This document shows, one piece after another, positions 5,986 through 14,901 of a DNA stretch of 28,076 nt (position 1 is its first letter; every line of letters begins with the position of its first letter). The DNA comes from Nitrososphaerota archaeon. GTDB lineage: Archaea; Thermoproteota; Nitrososphaeria_A; Caldarchaeales; Calditenuaceae. The DNA is taken from the NCBI GenBank assembly GCA_038741355.1, contig JAVYLC010000019.1, positions 1 to 28,076 on the forward strand, read 5' to 3'. The notes beneath the pieces were generated by a model. The model ran no database searches. It worked only from the letters and a program-made list of their open reading frames with translations, and had not been told where the DNA came from. The position numbers were made by a program, and so were the translations under genes.

Positions 5986-6742
5986 TGGAGAGCCGCTCGA
6001 CTACAGAGAACCCCTGATCGAGGAGAACCTGAAAAAGATCTCCCAGGTAATCTTGGTCACTGGGGGGAAGGGCGGGGTGGGGAAGAGCCTAATAGCCTCC
6101 ACCGCCGCCCACCTACTCTCACGCTCATCCAACAGGACTGGGGTACTTGACCTCGACCTACACGGCCCCTCCTCATGCCTTCTACTCGGTGTTAAGGATA
6201 GTCCTGTTGAGTCGGGGGAGGGCCTAGTCCCGCCGGCAGTTGAGGGGTTGAGGGTGATGTCCATAGACCTATTCTCGATGGGTAGGCCGCTCCCCCTAAC
6301 AGGACGCGCCAAGGAGGAGATAGTGAAGGAGATGCTGGCCTTGACCGCTTTTGGCCCGCTCGACTACCTGCTAGTAGACCTGCCTCCTGGGACTGGGGAT
6401 GAGCTTCTCACAGTCTCAAAATACGTCAGGCGGGGTGGAGGGGCGCTCGTTGTTACCACCCCGACGCATCTAGCAGTAAATGTTGCCAGAAGACTCATAG
6501 ACATTCTGAGCTCCATGTCTCTGAAAATAATAGGCCTAGTGGAGAACATGTCGACCAGCGACTCCGAGAGCCTCTCGATGGAGTTGGCGCGGGAGAAGGG
6601 CGTAAAGTTTCTGGGCAGGATTCCATTTGACCCGTTACTGGATTCGCGGGTTGTCGGGCTGGGGAGAGATGGGCTTCTCTCAACTAGATTCGCTGAGGCA
6701 GTTAAACACGTTCTCAGGAATGCCGGCCTGAGGATAGAGTAG
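5963..6742 (+). CDS. Mrp/NBP35/MinD-family P-loop ATPase (possible ATPase-type HypB substitute)
   Basis: 259 aa. It has the deviant Walker A VTGGKGGVGKS and the switch region LLVDLPPGTGDE. It overlaps the hypA 3' end by 23 nt. A role in hydrogenase maturation is inferred from context only. Confidence 0.8.
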   Translation: MLYAPKGSGEPLDYREPLIEENLKKISQVILVTGGKGGVGKSLIASTAAHLLSRSSNRTGVLDLDLHGPSSCLLLGVKDSPVESGEGLVPPAVEGLRVMSIDLFSMGRPLPLTGRAKEEIVKEMLALTAFGPLDYLLVDLPPGTGDELLTVSKYVRRGGGALVVTTPTHLAVNVARRLIDILSSMSLKIIGLVENMSTSDSESLSMELAREKGVKFLGRIPFDPLLDSRVVGLGRDGLLSTRFAEAVKHVLRNAGLRIE

Positions 6743-6844
6743 GCATATAGTCTTCATACATATCTACATATCTCAATAATATTCGGCATGAAAGTATATA
6801 GCTGTAGACGATATATTTATATCATTTTTTAATCTATAAAGTAT
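6743..6844 (+). promoter_or_regulatory. Very AT-rich promoter/operator region of the hydrogenase operon
   Basis: It contains several TATA-like boxes (ATATATTTATATC, TTTTTAATCTATAAAG) and a tandem 8-mer ACATATCT ACATATCT at 6758-6773. Confidence 0.4.
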
Positions 6845-7984
6845 ATGATGGGAGAAATTAGAGATCAAGGTGATTATTACCTGCTCGACCCCCCGCTTAT
6901 CGATGCGTTAATCTCCGCCCTCCGCGGGCTCGGATACTCTGTGATTGGGCCCGTTGTCAGGGAGGGGGCCATAGTATATGACGAGATTGAGTCAGCGTCT
7001 CAGCTTCCGGTGGGGTTGAGGGATAGGCAGGGGCCCGGATACTACAGGCTCGAGGAGAGGGGTGACAAGGCGTTCTTCGGCTTCGTAGTAGGCCCACACT
7101 CTTGGAAGAGGTTTCTATACCCCCCGCGCATCAAACTCTTCACAGTCTCGAGAAAGAGTGAAGTCACCACCAACAACGTATCAGGGAGGAAGATGGCTTT
7201 CATAGGGGTTAGGGGATGCGAGCTCGCAGCCATCTCAGTCCTAGATAAGGTGTTGCTGGGCGGCCCTTACGTGGACCCGGTCTACTCCGCCTTGAGGAGT
7301 GACGTGTTCATAGTTGCGATCAACTGCACAGAACCTGGTGAGAACTGTTTCTGCCAGTCCGTTGGCACAGGGCCGGAGGCGGGCTCAGGCTATGATGTAG
7401 GCCTTACTGAGGTAGTGGACGATGGTATACACTACTTCGTGGCGAAGGCGGGCTCGAGTGCGGGCAGGGGCCTCCTCGAGCGTATTGGCGCTCGTAGGGC
7501 GACGGGTGAGGAGGTCTCAGAGGCCGCTGCACGGATGGAGAGGAGTCGAACACTGTTTAGGAAGAGCTTGGACGTCAACGGTCTGAAGGATTTGTTGTAT
7601 AAAAACCTCGAGAGCCCAGTCTATGCTGAGGTTGCTGAGAGGTGTCTTGCATGTGCTAACTGTACACTTGTGTGCCCGACTTGTTTCTGCACGACGGTTG
7701 AGGAGACCACCAACCTCTCAGGCAATGTTGCTGAGCGCTGGAGAAGATGGGACTCATGCTTCAATGCAGACTTCTCCTATATCCACGGCGGCCCCATAAG
7801 GTCCAGCAGGCTAAGCAGGTATCGCCAGTGGCTTACCCATAAGCTCGCGACGTGGATCGACCAGTTCGGCGTCATGGGCTGTGTGGGCTGTGGCAGATGC
7901 ATCACCTGGTGTCCCGTAGGGATAGATATTACGGAGGAGGCGGCAAAGATTAGGCAGAGGGAGTTAGAGGTGAGTGCGACATGA
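6845..7984 (+). CDS. hydB: Sulfhydrogenase beta-like subunit (AsrA/HydB family, 4Fe-4S dicluster)
   Basis: 379 aa. It has two ferredoxin-type motifs, [16 protein letters not shown] and [12 protein letters not shown], plus an additional Cys cluster, [10 protein letters not shown]. Its stop overlaps the next start (ATGA at 7981-7984). Confidence 0.75.
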   Translation: MMGEIRDQGDYYLLDPPLIDALISALRGLGYSVIGPVVREGAIVYDEIESASQLPVGLRDRQGPGYYRLEERGDKAFFGFVVGPHSWKRFLYPPRIKLFTVSRKSEVTTNNVSGRKMAFIGVRGCELAAISVLDKVLLGGPYVDPVYSALRSDVFIVAINCTEPGENCFCQSVGTGPEAGSGYDVGLTEVVDDGIHYFVAKAGSSAGRGLLERIGARRATGEEVSEAAARMERSRTLFRKSLDVNGLKDLLYKNLESPVYAEVAERCLACANCTLVCPTCFCTTVEETTNLSGNVAERWRRWDSCFNADFSYIHGGPIRSSRLSRYRQWLTHKLATWIDQFGVMGCVGCGRCITWCPVGIDITEEAAKIRQRELEVSAT

Positions 7985-8466
7985 GTAGCCAGCAGGTCGA
8001 GCTTTTAACACTGTTGAGCGACCATCCGTTCACCAAGGGCATGCGGGAGGAGAAGGTCAAGGGGCTTGCATCAATCGCCAACATTGTACGGTTCACTGCA
8101 GGGCAGAGGATATTCAGCGAGGGCGAGGTGCATAAGAGGCTTTACCTGATAGTCTACGGACTCGTAGCACTATACTTCAATATCCCGCCCAGGGGAGAGT
8201 TCAGGTTCGAGACTATCGGCAGTGGCGAGGTTCTGGGATGGTCTTCACTCATAGAGCCGTTCAAGAAGACTGCAGGTGCGGTAGCAGTTGAGAACACCAT
8301 GGCAATATCAATCGACAGCGAGAAGATGCTGCGAATGATGGAGAGCGACACCGAATTCGGCTACGAGGTCTACCGGCGCATAGTGAAGGTTGTCGCTGAC
8401 AGGCTCAGAGCTGCGAGGCTACGTCTCGCGGATATCTACGGTGAGCCGAGAGCTGGTGCGGTGTGA
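7981..8466 (+). CDS. Stand-alone cyclic-nucleotide-binding (Crp effector-like) domain protein
   Basis: 161 aa. [20 protein letters not shown]...[12 protein letters not shown]...[13 protein letters not shown] fits the cNMP-binding beta-barrel pattern. No HTH domain follows. It is translationally coupled on both sides within the hydrogenase operon. Confidence 0.7.
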   Translation: MSSQQVELLTLLSDHPFTKGMREEKVKGLASIANIVRFTAGQRIFSEGEVHKRLYLIVYGLVALYFNIPPRGEFRFETIGSGEVLGWSSLIEPFKKTAGAVAVENTMAISIDSEKMLRMMESDTEFGYEVYRRIVKVVADRLRAARLRLADIYGEPRAGAV

Positions 8467-9320
8467 TGGCTGAGCAGAGTCTTGGAGCGGCCACCAGGCT
8501 AGAGCCGTTCAAGATTGATTGGTGCCAAGTGGTGGGACGGGCTAAAGAGACGCCCGACACGTACACTATTAGGCTCCGACCGCTCCGGCGTGGCGAGATA
8601 GCCTTCAGCCCCGGCCAGTTCAACATGCTCTACGCCTACGGTGTAGGCGAAGTCCCCATCTCCATAAGTGGAGCCCCCTCCGACGGACAGGTGCTGGAGC
8701 ATACTGTGAGGGCAGTGGGGCCTGTGACCAAGGCACTAACATCGGCGCGGGTAGGGTCTAGCTTGGGGTTGAGGGGCCCCTTTGGTAGGGGGTGGCCGCT
8801 AAGAGAGGCTGAGGGCCAGGACGTGATTATTGTTGGGGGTGGAATAGGGCTGGCACCCCTAAGACCCGCAATCCAGCACATAATAAGAAACAGGGAGAAG
8901 TATGGGAGGTTTTACGTTCTCTACGGTGCCCGCACGCCGGCTGACCTCCTCTACAAGAGGGATCTGCAGACTTGGAGGGCCAGACTGGACACCCAGCTAC
9001 TCGTCACCGTGGATAGGGGTGATGAGAAGTGGCGCGGATACATCGGAGTAGTCACAACGCTATTCAGATATTTGAGGCTTGAGCCAAACAACACCTACGC
9101 TTATGTCTGCGGCCCCGAGATAATGATGAAGTTCACTGTACAGGAGCTGAAGAACCAGGGGCTGCGGGATGAGAGGGTCCTCATCTCCATGGAGAGGAAT
9201 ATGAAGTGTGGCGTCGGGATATGTGGACACTGCCAGTTCGGGCCATTCTTCATCTGCAAGGATGGGCCAGTCTTCAGCCTTTCAGAGGTCTCACATTTCT
9301 TCGGTAGGAGGGAGGTGTGA
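8466..9320 (+). CDS. hydG: Sulfhydrogenase gamma-like subunit (FAD/NAD(P)-binding, 2Fe-2S; AsrB/PyrK-like)
   Basis: It has the FNR-like motifs [15 protein letters not shown] and [10 protein letters not shown], and the C-terminal cluster [10 protein letters not shown]. The start is the ATG at 8466 (or the GTG at 8463) within GTGTGATGG, overlapping the upstream stop. Confidence 0.8.
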   Translation: MAEQSLGAATRLEPFKIDWCQVVGRAKETPDTYTIRLRPLRRGEIAFSPGQFNMLYAYGVGEVPISISGAPSDGQVLEHTVRAVGPVTKALTSARVGSSLGLRGPFGRGWPLREAEGQDVIIVGGGIGLAPLRPAIQHIIRNREKYGRFYVLYGARTPADLLYKRDLQTWRARLDTQLLVTVDRGDEKWRGYIGVVTTLFRYLRLEPNNTYAYVCGPEIMMKFTVQELKNQGLRDERVLISMERNMKCGVGICGHCQFGPFFICKDGPVFSLSEVSHFFGRREV

Positions 9321-10090
9321 TGGCGAGGAGGAGGCCAAAGATTGCAGTCTACAAATTCGCATCCTGCGACGGCTGCCAGTTAAGTATCCTCGACCTAGAG
9401 GAGGAGCTGCTGGCCATAGGCGAGACATTCGAGATCGCATACTTCTTAGAGGCCAGCCGCGCTGTAGTTAGGGGGCCGTATGATATCGGCCTAGTCGAGG
9501 GAAGCATCACAACACCCCACGACGCCGAGCTCATAAAAGAGATCAGGAAGAACTGTAAGGTGCTAATAACTATAGGCGCGTGCGCGACAGCGGGCGGGAT
9601 ACAGGCCCTAAGGAACTGGAGGGGCTCAGCCGAGTTTATGAAATACGTCTATCCGGAGCCGGAATATATCGAGACGCTGGACAAGTCGACCCCAGTCTCA
9701 GACCACGTGCCGGTCGACTTCGAGCTCCGGGGCTGCCCAATAAACAAGTACCAGCTACTCGAGGTGATGTCGGCATACCTTGCTGGCAGGGCGCCCAGCA
9801 TTCCTAACCATAGCGTCTGTGTCGAATGTAAGCTGAGGGGCACCGCCTGTATAGTGGTGGCTAGGGGCGTTCCATGTCTCGGGCCCGTGACTCACGCCGG
9901 CTGTGGGGCCATCTGCCCAGCCTACGGGAGAGGATGCTACGGCTGCTACGGGCCGAAGGAGTCGCTGAACTCGAAGTCACTAATGAAGCGTTTCATAGGG
10001 CTGGGTAAGAGTCGGGAGGAGGCCGTCATGGCATTCAGGCTTTTTAACGCTTGGGCACCTGGCTTCAGGGAGGTGGAGGCCGAGGCTTGA
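9320..10090 (+). CDS. hydD: [NiFe] hydrogenase small (delta) subunit
   Basis: [18 protein letters not shown] is the N-terminal cluster motif of NuoB-like small subunits, and further Cys motifs follow ([27 protein letters not shown]). The start lies in a second copy of GTGTGATGG (9315-9323). Confidence 0.85.
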   Translation: MARRRPKIAVYKFASCDGCQLSILDLEEELLAIGETFEIAYFLEASRAVVRGPYDIGLVEGSITTPHDAELIKEIRKNCKVLITIGACATAGGIQALRNWRGSAEFMKYVYPEPEYIETLDKSTPVSDHVPVDFELRGCPINKYQLLEVMSAYLAGRAPSIPNHSVCVECKLRGTACIVVARGVPCLGPVTHAGCGAICPAYGRGCYGCYGPKESLNSKSLMKRFIGLGKSREEAVMAFRLFNAWAPGFREVEAEA

Positions 10091-11382
10091 CAGCTAGGGA
10101 GAAAGAATATCGCGTGGATTATCTCGCTAGGGTTGAAGGCGAGGGGGCGCTCTACATCAAGCTTAGGGGCCGCGAGGTTGTAGACGTCAAGTTCAGGATA
10201 TTCGAACCCCCCAGACTATTCGAGGCGCTGCTGGTGGGCCGGATGTATTATGATGTGCCAGACATAACTGCTAGGATTTGCGGGATTTGTCCAGTAGCTT
10301 ATCAGATGAGCTCTGTTCACGCTTTTGAGAAGCTCTTCAGGGTGACAATAGACCCTGCCGTCAGGAGTCTGAGGAGGCTCTACTACTGCGGTGAGTGGAT
10401 AGAGAGCCACATGCTCCACGCCTTCCTTCTTCACGCACCGGACTTCCTAGGATACGATGACGCCATCAAGATGGCTAAGAAACACCCCAGCGTGGTGAAG
10501 AATGCCCTCAAGGTCAAGAAGCTTGGAAATGATATAGTTTCGCTGCTGGGTGGCAGGGAGGTTCACCCCGTCGCCGCCTGTGTTGGCGGATTCTATCGTG
10601 TGCCATCTAGACGCGAGCTGATGGGGGTGAGGGAGAGGCTTGTAGAAAGCATGGTGACTGTTGGAAGCCTACTGGAATGGGTTGCGGACCTAGAGTTTCC
10701 CTCGTTCGAGCAGGACTACGAGTTTGTCTCCCTCCGGCATCCAGACGAGTATCCAATGAACGAGGGCCGAATTGTGTCGAATAAGGGGCTCGAGATCCCT
10801 GTTGAGCAGTATGAGGACCACTTTGCGGAGGAGCAGGTGCCACACTCAAACGCGCTACACTCATATATTGTTGGTAGGGGGGCATACATGGTCGGCCCAC
10901 TCTCCAGAATTAACTTAAACTATGACAAGCTCCACGACGGCACAAAAGAGATGCTGAGGAGGATCGGGTTCAAGACCCCTTGTAGGAATCCGTTCAAGAG
11001 CATAATCGCTCGGGTGGCTGAGACATACTACGCCTTCGAGGAGTCTCTCAGGATTATCGACGAGTATGTAGAGCCGCCGAGTCCTAGGGTGGAGCCGCAG
11101 GTTAGGGCTGGGAGGGGCTGTGGTTGCACAGAGGCTCCGAGGGGCATACTCTACCACAGGTACGACGTGGATGGCGAGGGCCGGGTACTCTCAGCCAAGA
11201 TAGTGCCTCCCACCGCCCAAAACCAGAAGAGGATTGAGGAGGACCTAAGGGCATTAGCGCCCGAGATAGTGAGGCTCCCACGCAGCCAGGCAGTCTGGAA
11301 GTTTGAGCAGGCGGTAAGAAACTATGATCCATGCATCTCCTGTGCAACACACTTCCTCAGACTGGAGATTGAGGAAGAGTAG
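10087..11382 (+). CDS. hydA: [NiFe] hydrogenase large (alpha) subunit, group-3b-like
   Basis: It has the N-terminal metal motif [10 protein letters not shown] and the C-terminal DPCISCATH, followed by a 9-aa tail (FLRLEIEEE) that would be removed by the maturation protease. The likely start is the TTG at 10087, overlapping the hydD stop (TTGA). The ATG at 10051 would overlap hydD by 40 nt. Confidence 0.85.
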   Translation: MTAREKEYRVDYLARVEGEGALYIKLRGREVVDVKFRIFEPPRLFEALLVGRMYYDVPDITARICGICPVAYQMSSVHAFEKLFRVTIDPAVRSLRRLYYCGEWIESHMLHAFLLHAPDFLGYDDAIKMAKKHPSVVKNALKVKKLGNDIVSLLGGREVHPVAACVGGFYRVPSRRELMGVRERLVESMVTVGSLLEWVADLEFPSFEQDYEFVSLRHPDEYPMNEGRIVSNKGLEIPVEQYEDHFAEEQVPHSNALHSYIVGRGAYMVGPLSRINLNYDKLHDGTKEMLRRIGFKTPCRNPFKSIIARVAETYYAFEESLRIIDEYVEPPSPRVEPQVRAGRGCGCTEAPRGILYHRYDVDGEGRVLSAKIVPPTAQNQKRIEEDLRALAPEIVRLPRSQAVWKFEQAVRNYDPCISCATHFLRLEIEEE

Positions 11383-11386
11383 CTGC

Positions 11387-11839
11387 ATGGGGCGTGTAGT
11401 GGTGGCGTGTATCGGCAACAGGTTTAGGGGTGATGACGGGGCTGGGCATAGGGTCGCCGACCTACTCTCGGGGGAGACTGGTGCAGAGGTTATCAAGCTC
11501 CAGACAGCCGCCGAGCTTCTAAACCACCTAACGCGTGGCATAGACCTTCTAATAATAGTGGACGCGATGGAGAAACTCTCTAGGGCCGGAGCCATCCACA
11601 GACTCGACTCGACAGACAAACTCTCGAGGACGACGGCTTGGAGGTCAACGCATACCATGACTCTGCCAGAGATCATCGATTTGGCAGACCAGCTAAGGAT
11701 GCTCCCAGCCAAGATAATAGTCTATGGCATAGAGGGTGAGCGGTTTGAACAGAGCTCAGGCCTCTCTGAAAACGTGGAGAAAGCATGCGTATCCGTCGCC
11801 TCCGAAATTAGAAAGCTATTACATGGTAAGGGCGAATAA
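11387..11839 (+). CDS. Hydrogenase maturation endopeptidase (HycI/FrhD/HyaD family)
   Basis: MGRVVVACIGNRFRGDDGAGHRVADLL shows the GNxxxxDDGxG signature, with ...IIVDAM... downstream. It lies immediately after hydA. Confidence 0.8.
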   Translation: MGRVVVACIGNRFRGDDGAGHRVADLLSGETGAEVIKLQTAAELLNHLTRGIDLLIIVDAMEKLSRAGAIHRLDSTDKLSRTTAWRSTHTMTLPEIIDLADQLRMLPAKIIVYGIEGERFEQSSGLSENVEKACVSVASEIRKLLHGKGE

Positions 11840-11886
11840 CCACACTATACTCTGCATCAGGAGGTAACTACAACGCTTGACTACAG

Positions 11887-12486
11887 TCACGTGCTAGCCT
11901 CCAGTCCAAGACGCGGGGCAACCACCTTTACCAGCTCGCCGAAGACCGCGTCTACCTCACCATCTGCGTCTATCTTCACCATCAACCCAGCCCCACAGAG
12001 TCTAAGATACTCCCTCCTAACCTCTTCGAGGAAGGCCGGGTCCTCGAACCTTATCCTCTTTCTCTTCCTTCTAAGGGCTTCTTCAACGCTGATGTCTAAC
12101 AGGACAGCGATATCCGGCGGCGGGGCCATCTTGTTAATCTCCCTGACCCACAGGGGGTGGCCGGTCATCACACCCTGATAAGCGTAGGACGAGTAGAGGT
12201 ATCTGTCACAAACCACTACCCGGCCCTTCTCCAGCATCGGCTTCACGGTCTTGTCTAGGTGGTAGACCCTGTCTGCCGCGAAGAGGAGGGCCAGCAGATG
12301 GGGGTCCACTCCCCCTCGCCTCAAGTAGGATCTAATCATCCTTCCGAGCGCCGAGCCGGTCGGCTCGGAGGTATACTCTGCCCTCACACCCTTCAACCTC
12401 AGAAATCCCACAAGCCTCTTAGCCTGGGTTGTCTTCCCCGCGCCGTCAATCCCCTCAATGGCCACAATCAACCCCTGCCCACCCAT
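11887..12486 (-). CDS. tmk: Thymidylate kinase
   Basis: 199 aa. It has the P-loop IEGIDGAGKTTQ, the DRY motif (CDRYLYSSYAYQ) and a LID-like RKRKR. Confidence 0.9.
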   Translation of the reverse strand: MGGQGLIVAIEGIDGAGKTTQAKRLVGFLRLKGVRAEYTSEPTGSALGRMIRSYLRRGGVDPHLLALLFAADRVYHLDKTVKPMLEKGRVVVCDRYLYSSYAYQGVMTGHPLWVREINKMAPPPDIAVLLDISVEEALRRKRKRIRFEDPAFLEEVRREYLRLCGAGLMVKIDADGEVDAVFGELVKVVAPRLGLEAST

Positions 12487-12514
12487 ATCCCACCCATCCT
12501 AACGGAACATCTAC

Positions 12515-12524
12515 TTTATCTATT
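12515..12524. promoter_or_regulatory. Shared AT-rich box in the tmk/csl4 divergent intergenic region
   Basis: TTTATCTATT lies about 29 nt upstream of the csl4 GTG (12548) and about 30-35 nt upstream of the tmk start (12486) on the other strand. Confidence 0.35.
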
Positions 12525-12547
12525 CCCCGTAACCGTCTAGGCTCGGA

Positions 12548-13159
12548 GTGAGGTTTCAAGCGTCAGGCAGGATCGTCCTTCCAGGCGATAGGCTGTGTGT
12601 AGTGGAGGAGTTCATGCCGGGTGACGGGACAGAGGCCTTGAAAGATGGCTCCGTAGTAGCAACTGTTCCTGGGGTCGCGGAGTATGACTTGAAGAGACAC
12701 ACGGTCTCTGTCAAGGCCGTAAAGCCCTCAGTCAAGATCAAGTCGGGCGATCTCGTCCTCTGCCAAGTTAGGGAGGCCCAAGATAAGCTATTGATCTGTG
12801 ATATACTCGCTGCGGCTGGCCACTCGATCAAGACGCACTGGACAGCGGCAGCCCTACATCGCCGCGAAACGCCCATCTTCACGGTGGGAGACATAATTGT
12901 GGCGCGTATCCGAGATGACTTCTCAGGCATTTACACCCTCGCAATTAAGGGGCGTGGTCTGGGGGTCTTCCAAGCGTTCTGCGATATATGCAGCGCCCCC
13001 CTGACCCTGAGTGGCAGAGCCCTCTTCTGCAAAAGATGTAAGAGGAAATACACTAACAGGCCGATAGTCCCCTACTATGGGAAGGTTAATACGCTCCTTA
13101 AGACCTTTGGAGGGTTGCTTTCACCGGAGGGTGGTGGTCTGCTCTGGAGGTCAAGGTAA
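12548..13159 (+). CDS. csl4: Exosome complex RNA-binding subunit Csl4
   Basis: 203 aa with a GTG start. It has the N-terminal VLPGDRLCVVEEFMPGDGT, an S1-like core, and a C-terminal zinc ribbon CDICSAPL...CKRCKRKY. Confidence 0.8.
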   Translation: MRFQASGRIVLPGDRLCVVEEFMPGDGTEALKDGSVVATVPGVAEYDLKRHTVSVKAVKPSVKIKSGDLVLCQVREAQDKLLICDILAAAGHSIKTHWTAAALHRRETPIFTVGDIIVARIRDDFSGIYTLAIKGRGLGVFQAFCDICSAPLTLSGRALFCKRCKRKYTNRPIVPYYGKVNTLLKTFGGLLSPEGGGLLWRSR

Positions 13160-13422
13160 TCGAGAGGGGTGAAAACGTCTTAGAGCTAGAGCTGAAAGAC
13201 ATAGACTTCAGCATTCTTGATGCACTCCAGGAGGTTCTAAACTCTTTCAAAGAGGTTGAATACGCGGGCGTTAACTTAACACATCCTCTAATTGGGACTT
13301 TAAGGTTCATAATAAAGACTCGCGAGGGGTATAGTGCTGCAGACGTATTGCTGAAGGGCCTGCGCGAGCTCTCTGCAAGGGCGAAGGGGTTGAGGGAGTC
13401 TATACAACAGCTGCTATCATAG
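13144..13422 (+). CDS. rpoL: DNA-directed RNA polymerase subunit L (Rpo11); start codon unresolved
   Basis: This ORF is absent from the ORF track because the frame (open from 13102 to the TAG at 13420-13422) has no ATG, GTG or TTG. The translation (L)EVKVIERGENVLELELKDIDFSILDALQEVLNSFKEVEYAGVNLTHPLIGTLRFIIKTREGYSAADVLLKGLRELSARAKGL fits the RpoL/RBP11 pattern. It overlaps the csl4 3' end. Confidence 0.7.
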   Translation: MEVKVIERGENVLELELKDIDFSILDALQEVLNSFKEVEYAGVNLTHPLIGTLRFIIKTREGYSAADVLLKGLRELSARAKGLRESIQQLLS

Positions 13423-13502
13423 AGGTGTAGGAGGACCTGAATAAGGTTAATCAAATAACCTTGCGGTGCTATTCTCTCGGTGTGAGAGGTGGAGGATGAG
13501 TC

Positions 13503-13823
13503 ATGGAGTTCTGCCCCCGCTGCGACGCTGTCCTGATCGCTGAGCGGAAGTCTAACAGCGTCATCCTAGTATGCAGGAAGTGTGGATATGTGAAGAAACC
13601 TACAGGCGACATAGTAACCCACAAACAGAGGAGGCCGCGGAAAACCGTAATAGTCGATGATGTTGAGAAAGAGGTGCTCCCGAAGACCAACGACGTACAG
13701 TGCCCGCAGTGTGGAAACCAAGAAGCCTATTGGTGGAGCGTCCAAACAAGATCCGCCGACGAGCCCATGACACAGTTCTTCAGATGCACTAAGTGCGGCT
13801 ACACATGGAGAGAGTATGCCTAA
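13503..13823 (+). CDS. tfs: Transcription factor S (TFS / RpoM-like)
   Basis: 106 aa. It has the N-terminal ribbon CPRC...CRKCG and the C-terminal ribbon CPQCGNQEAYWWSVQTRSADEPMTQFFRCTKCG, which contains the acidic SADE loop. Confidence 0.9.
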   Translation: MEFCPRCDAVLIAERKSNSVILVCRKCGYVKKPTGDIVTHKQRRPRKTVIVDDVEKEVLPKTNDVQCPQCGNQEAYWWSVQTRSADEPMTQFFRCTKCGYTWREYA

Positions 13824-13879
13824 ACAGGGGCCCCGCCATCCTCAAATATATTACCTGAAATCTAAGAACTCGTAGTGGT

Positions 13880-13966
13880 GGCCGCGGTGGTGTAGCTGGT
13901 AGCACTCCGGGCTGTGGACTATTGGCAGAAACCCGGCGGTCGTGGGTTCGAGTCCCACCCGCGGCC
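13880..13966 (+). tRNA. tRNA-His (anticodon GTG) with encoded G-1 and a 13-nt intron at the canonical 37/38 position
   Basis: G GCCGCGG TG GTGT AGCTGGTA GCAC T CCGGG CTGTGG[ACTATTGGCAGAA]A CCCGG CGGTC GTGGG TTCGAGT CCCAC CCGCGGC C. The G-1:C73 pair is a His identity feature. Confidence 0.9.
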
Positions 13967-14064
13967 AATCTATTTCTTATGTGTATGTGATGGATCTCGC
14001 CTGTATCTGGCATAGGCACATATATACTCCGAGACGCTTGTTAACCGTGAGCGAGATTAGGAAA

Positions 14065-14874
14065 ATGAGGGGTGAGATACCCACCGTCTATGCTTTGACT
14101 GTCTCCGTAGTGGCGATAGCTGCTGTCCTAGTTGCTTCCTTATACGCGATGAATATGCTAGGAAGCGCCAGTAACGTTCCGTACACGCAGCAGACGGGAG
14201 ATGGTGAGGGAGGGGTCTCAGGTATTCTTGTCCCTGTTAGGGGCATAGGGATTGTTAGGCTAAAACCGGACAGAATGACCTTCATGCTCGGAGTGGAGGC
14301 GCGGGGAGCCACGCCGTTAGAGGCCTCCAACCTGAACAGCGCGGTCGCTGGAAGGGTCGTCGCCTCACTCCTCGCGAACGGAGTGGTTGAGAGGAACATC
14401 AAGACATCATACATCGCAATAAACCCTGACTGGAAGTGCGACAAAGATGGATGCCGCCAGGAAGGGTTCGTCGCCATAAACCAAGTAACAGTGACGCTTG
14501 AGGATAATCTGATATCAGAAGCCCCGAAAATCATAAGCGACGCAATACAGGCCGGAGCGACCAATCTCCAAGGCGCATGGTTCGACCTTAAGGACGAGAC
14601 AAGGCAGAATCTAAGAGACTCAGCGCTCCAGAAGGCGTTCGCCGACGCCACGGCCAAGGTCTCGAAGATTGCTGAGTACCTCAACATGAGAATTAAAGAC
14701 ATCAAGCAGGTCCAAGTCTTGTTCCCCGATGAGGGTGGTGGAATCATACCAATAGCGAGGGTGGAAGTCGGGGTAGCAACTGGGCAGGGTGCTGGCGGAC
14801 CACCCATAATGACTGGCGAAATAACATACACGGTGACGGTTGACATCACGTACGTATTCGAGCCGATAAGCTAA
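14065..14874 (+). CDS. DUF541/SIMPL-like secreted or membrane-anchored protein
   Basis: I chose the ATG at 14065 because the longer ORF from 13942 overlaps tRNA-His. It has an N-terminal TM anchor (VYALTVSVVAIAAVLVASLYA). The body (GIVRLKPDRMTFMLGVEARGATPLEA...GFVAINQVTVTL...) resembles the SIMPL/DUF541 family. Confidence 0.65.
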   Translation: MRGEIPTVYALTVSVVAIAAVLVASLYAMNMLGSASNVPYTQQTGDGEGGVSGILVPVRGIGIVRLKPDRMTFMLGVEARGATPLEASNLNSAVAGRVVASLLANGVVERNIKTSYIAINPDWKCDKDGCRQEGFVAINQVTVTLEDNLISEAPKIISDAIQAGATNLQGAWFDLKDETRQNLRDSALQKAFADATAKVSKIAEYLNMRIKDIKQVQVLFPDEGGGIIPIARVEVGVATGQGAGGPPIMTGEITYTVTVDITYVFEPIS

Positions 14875-14901
14875 AGCATCCTCATCACAAAAACTTTTTT
14901 A

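Noticed and set aside
8461-9323. The repeated GTGTGATGG at two hydrogenase gene junctions (8461-8469 and 9315-9323) as a special regulatory repeat
   Set aside because: It is most simply explained as the same stop/start overlap solution (…GTG TGA / ATG G…) for translational coupling. It is too short to claim more.
10051-10086. The ATG at 10051 as the hydA start
   Set aside because: It would add a Gly-rich, non-conserved 12-aa extension that overlaps hydD by 40 nt. The TTG at 10087 gives a stop/start overlap like the other junctions of the operon. This is not proven.
11254-11712. Minus-strand ORF of 152 aa spanning the hydA end and the protease gene
   Set aside because: It is antisense to two well-supported genes and has no motifs.
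13098-13454. Minus-strand ORF of 118 aa
   Set aside because: It is antisense to the unlisted but clearly recognisable rpoL frame.
13443-13462. Hairpin AAGGTTA-ATCAAA-TAACCTT after rpoL as a terminator
   Set aside because: It is a perfect 7-bp stem, but archaeal termination relies on oligo-T tracts and none follows. It may be regulatory, but there is too little evidence to call it.
13789-14064. ORF 13789-14019 (minus strand) and the first 41 codons of ORF 13942-14874
   Set aside because: Both overlap tRNA-His. The DUF541-like gene more plausibly starts at the ATG at 14065, just before its TM anchor.
14088-14849. Minus-strand ORF of 253 aa
   Set aside because: It is entirely antisense to the DUF541/SIMPL-like gene and is a Ser/Pro/Thr/Ala-rich shadow frame.
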